A DNA stretch of 63,801 nt, filler included, from Perkinsus chesapeaki ATCC PRA-425 (taxonomy: Eukaryota > Protista > Perkinsozoa): assembly GCA_013115145.1 (NCBI GenBank). It is 5 parts of 5 records of this genome, joined end to end, with 100 filler letters (N's around TTAATTAATTAA, not from the genome) between each part and the next. Parts side by side here need not be neighbours in the genome. Positions count along the whole stretch, not along the records: positions 62,626 to 63,801 come from JAAPAO010002126.1; 4 more parts are not named here. One strand, 5' to 3'. Under the pieces are notes generated by a model. The model saw nothing but the letters and a program-made list of their open reading frames with translations, was not told where the DNA came from and did no database searches. Positions 62,628 through 63,801 of this stretch are shown one piece after another. The position numbers were made by a program, and so were the translations under genes. Numbering within the stretch: the stretch's first letter is position 1; the number at the start of each line of letters is the position of its first letter.

Positions 62628-63801
62628 TTCAACACATTTACTTCATCTGCGCGTCTTGCTCGCTATGTAGATCTTGATAAATTCATAGTAGCTTACTCGG
62701 ACTCTTCTTCATTCGCTTTCGGAGCGTATTTGTGTGGCTCAAATATCACTATTCCATTTTGGTGTCTTAGCAAGCTTGTTCCTCTGAATATGATGCACTT
62801 CACTATTGTGAGAAAGGAAACGCTGGCTCTGGAAGCGACTCTCGATCTTCTTACTTCTCGTCTATACTATATCCCCTTCAGCTCACATCGACAGCTCTAC
62901 ATACTCTGTGATTCGTCGATTGTAGTTCAACGAGTCTGCCGCCTGAGAAGATTGAGAAAGACACTCGAGTCGTCATCGGAGTCGCCCGAAAGAATGCCAT
63001 CCAAGCAGAAGCTCGGCGCCTGGGAGTACGCACACTGCCTGAAGATTGCAGACAGCCTTGACCAGCTGGCCAAGCAATTTGGTGACGACAAGGTCCACTT
63101 TCACCATTGTCCTGGCAAGCTCAATCCAGCGGACTTCTACAGCCGAGGGGAACCTCCTCTAACGAGAACTCTAGAAGAGGCCCAAGTTTGGCTCAACTCC
63201 CTCTTCAACAACCATGCGGGGACCCCAGAAGACCACACCATCAACATCGTTGACTCTTCTCCGCCTACTGCTGCTCCTACTACAACTACCACAGTCCCGT
63301 CCTCAGTCGCTACTGATCTTTTCTCCTATGTGATAGACGCCCAACAAACCGACCCCTTCTGCCGAGTCGCTAGGAAACTGATCACTGGTTCCAACCTCCC
63401 CACACCTGACGATTTACATGACCTCTTCATAGACTACACGGATGACCAGAAAGCCAAAATTAAAGCTACCTATCGTGTGACACTTGAGTCCAGCAAGGAA
63501 GCACTGCGACTAGCAGTCGGTCGGTTCGCAGGTGAAGAAGGCCCACTTTACGTCCCTACCAGTGCGAGACGACACGTTCTTGGCCAAGTCCACACCTACT
63601 TCTGCCATCGGCCAAATCGATACTTGGTCGAGTACATGGAGCCTCGTTTCTACTTTCATAACTTGAAGAGAGAGGTCAGAACATGGAGCAAAACTTGTGT
63701 CGGTTGCCAAACCTCTCGAGGAAGCCCCATCAGCATCGATCACCAAACTGCTTTGCTCAGTCATGACTTCGGTGCCAACGTCCTACTCAGCATCGACTGG
63801 T
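62628..63801 (+). mobile_element. LTR retrotransposon pol fragment (RNase H, integrase zinc-binding domain, start of core), Gypsy/BEL-type domain order
   Basis: Frame without stops from the gap to the window end: YSDSSSFAFGAYL, FTIVRKETLAL, LCDSSIVVQR, HCPGKLNPADFYSRG, H-x3-H...YFHNLKREVRTWSKTCVGCQ, LLSIDW. Confidence 0.85.

Overview
Gene-dense, intron-rich eukaryotic DNA with mostly 40-70 nt GT-AG introns. It comes from a draft scaffold with six N-gaps, four carrying a TTAATTAATTAA linker. Gene architecture and content suggest an alveolate, most likely Perkinsus (inference). Recognisable genes, assembled by hand across introns, are two tandem ARF1 GTPases, mitochondrial IscU, an intronless GH19 chitinase, DCAF7/WDR68, CstF-64, an intronless ADP/ATP carrier, a protein with three AP2-like repeats and CCDC42/CFAP73. 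About a dozen hypothetical multi-exon genes are also present. Mobile DNA includes a one-ended hAT fragment flanked by a 224-bp direct duplication, a DIRS/Ngaro-type gag-like ORF and an LTR-retrotransposon pol fragment at the right edge. The most striking signal is about ten short spliceosomal introns built largely from tRNA-like fragments (T-arm plus acceptor 3' strand, sometimes a full A-box/B-box body). They occur in both orientations, have different acceptor sequences, and in several cases tRNA-derived bases supply the GT donor or the T-run supplies the pyrimidine tract. I found no intact tRNA gene. A second unexplained signal is a ~3 kb stretch (58.6-61.5 kb) packed with unrelated near-perfect hairpins with 1-3 nt loops, surrounding a small uL23-like ORF. 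All gene models and family calls are manual and unverified by database search.
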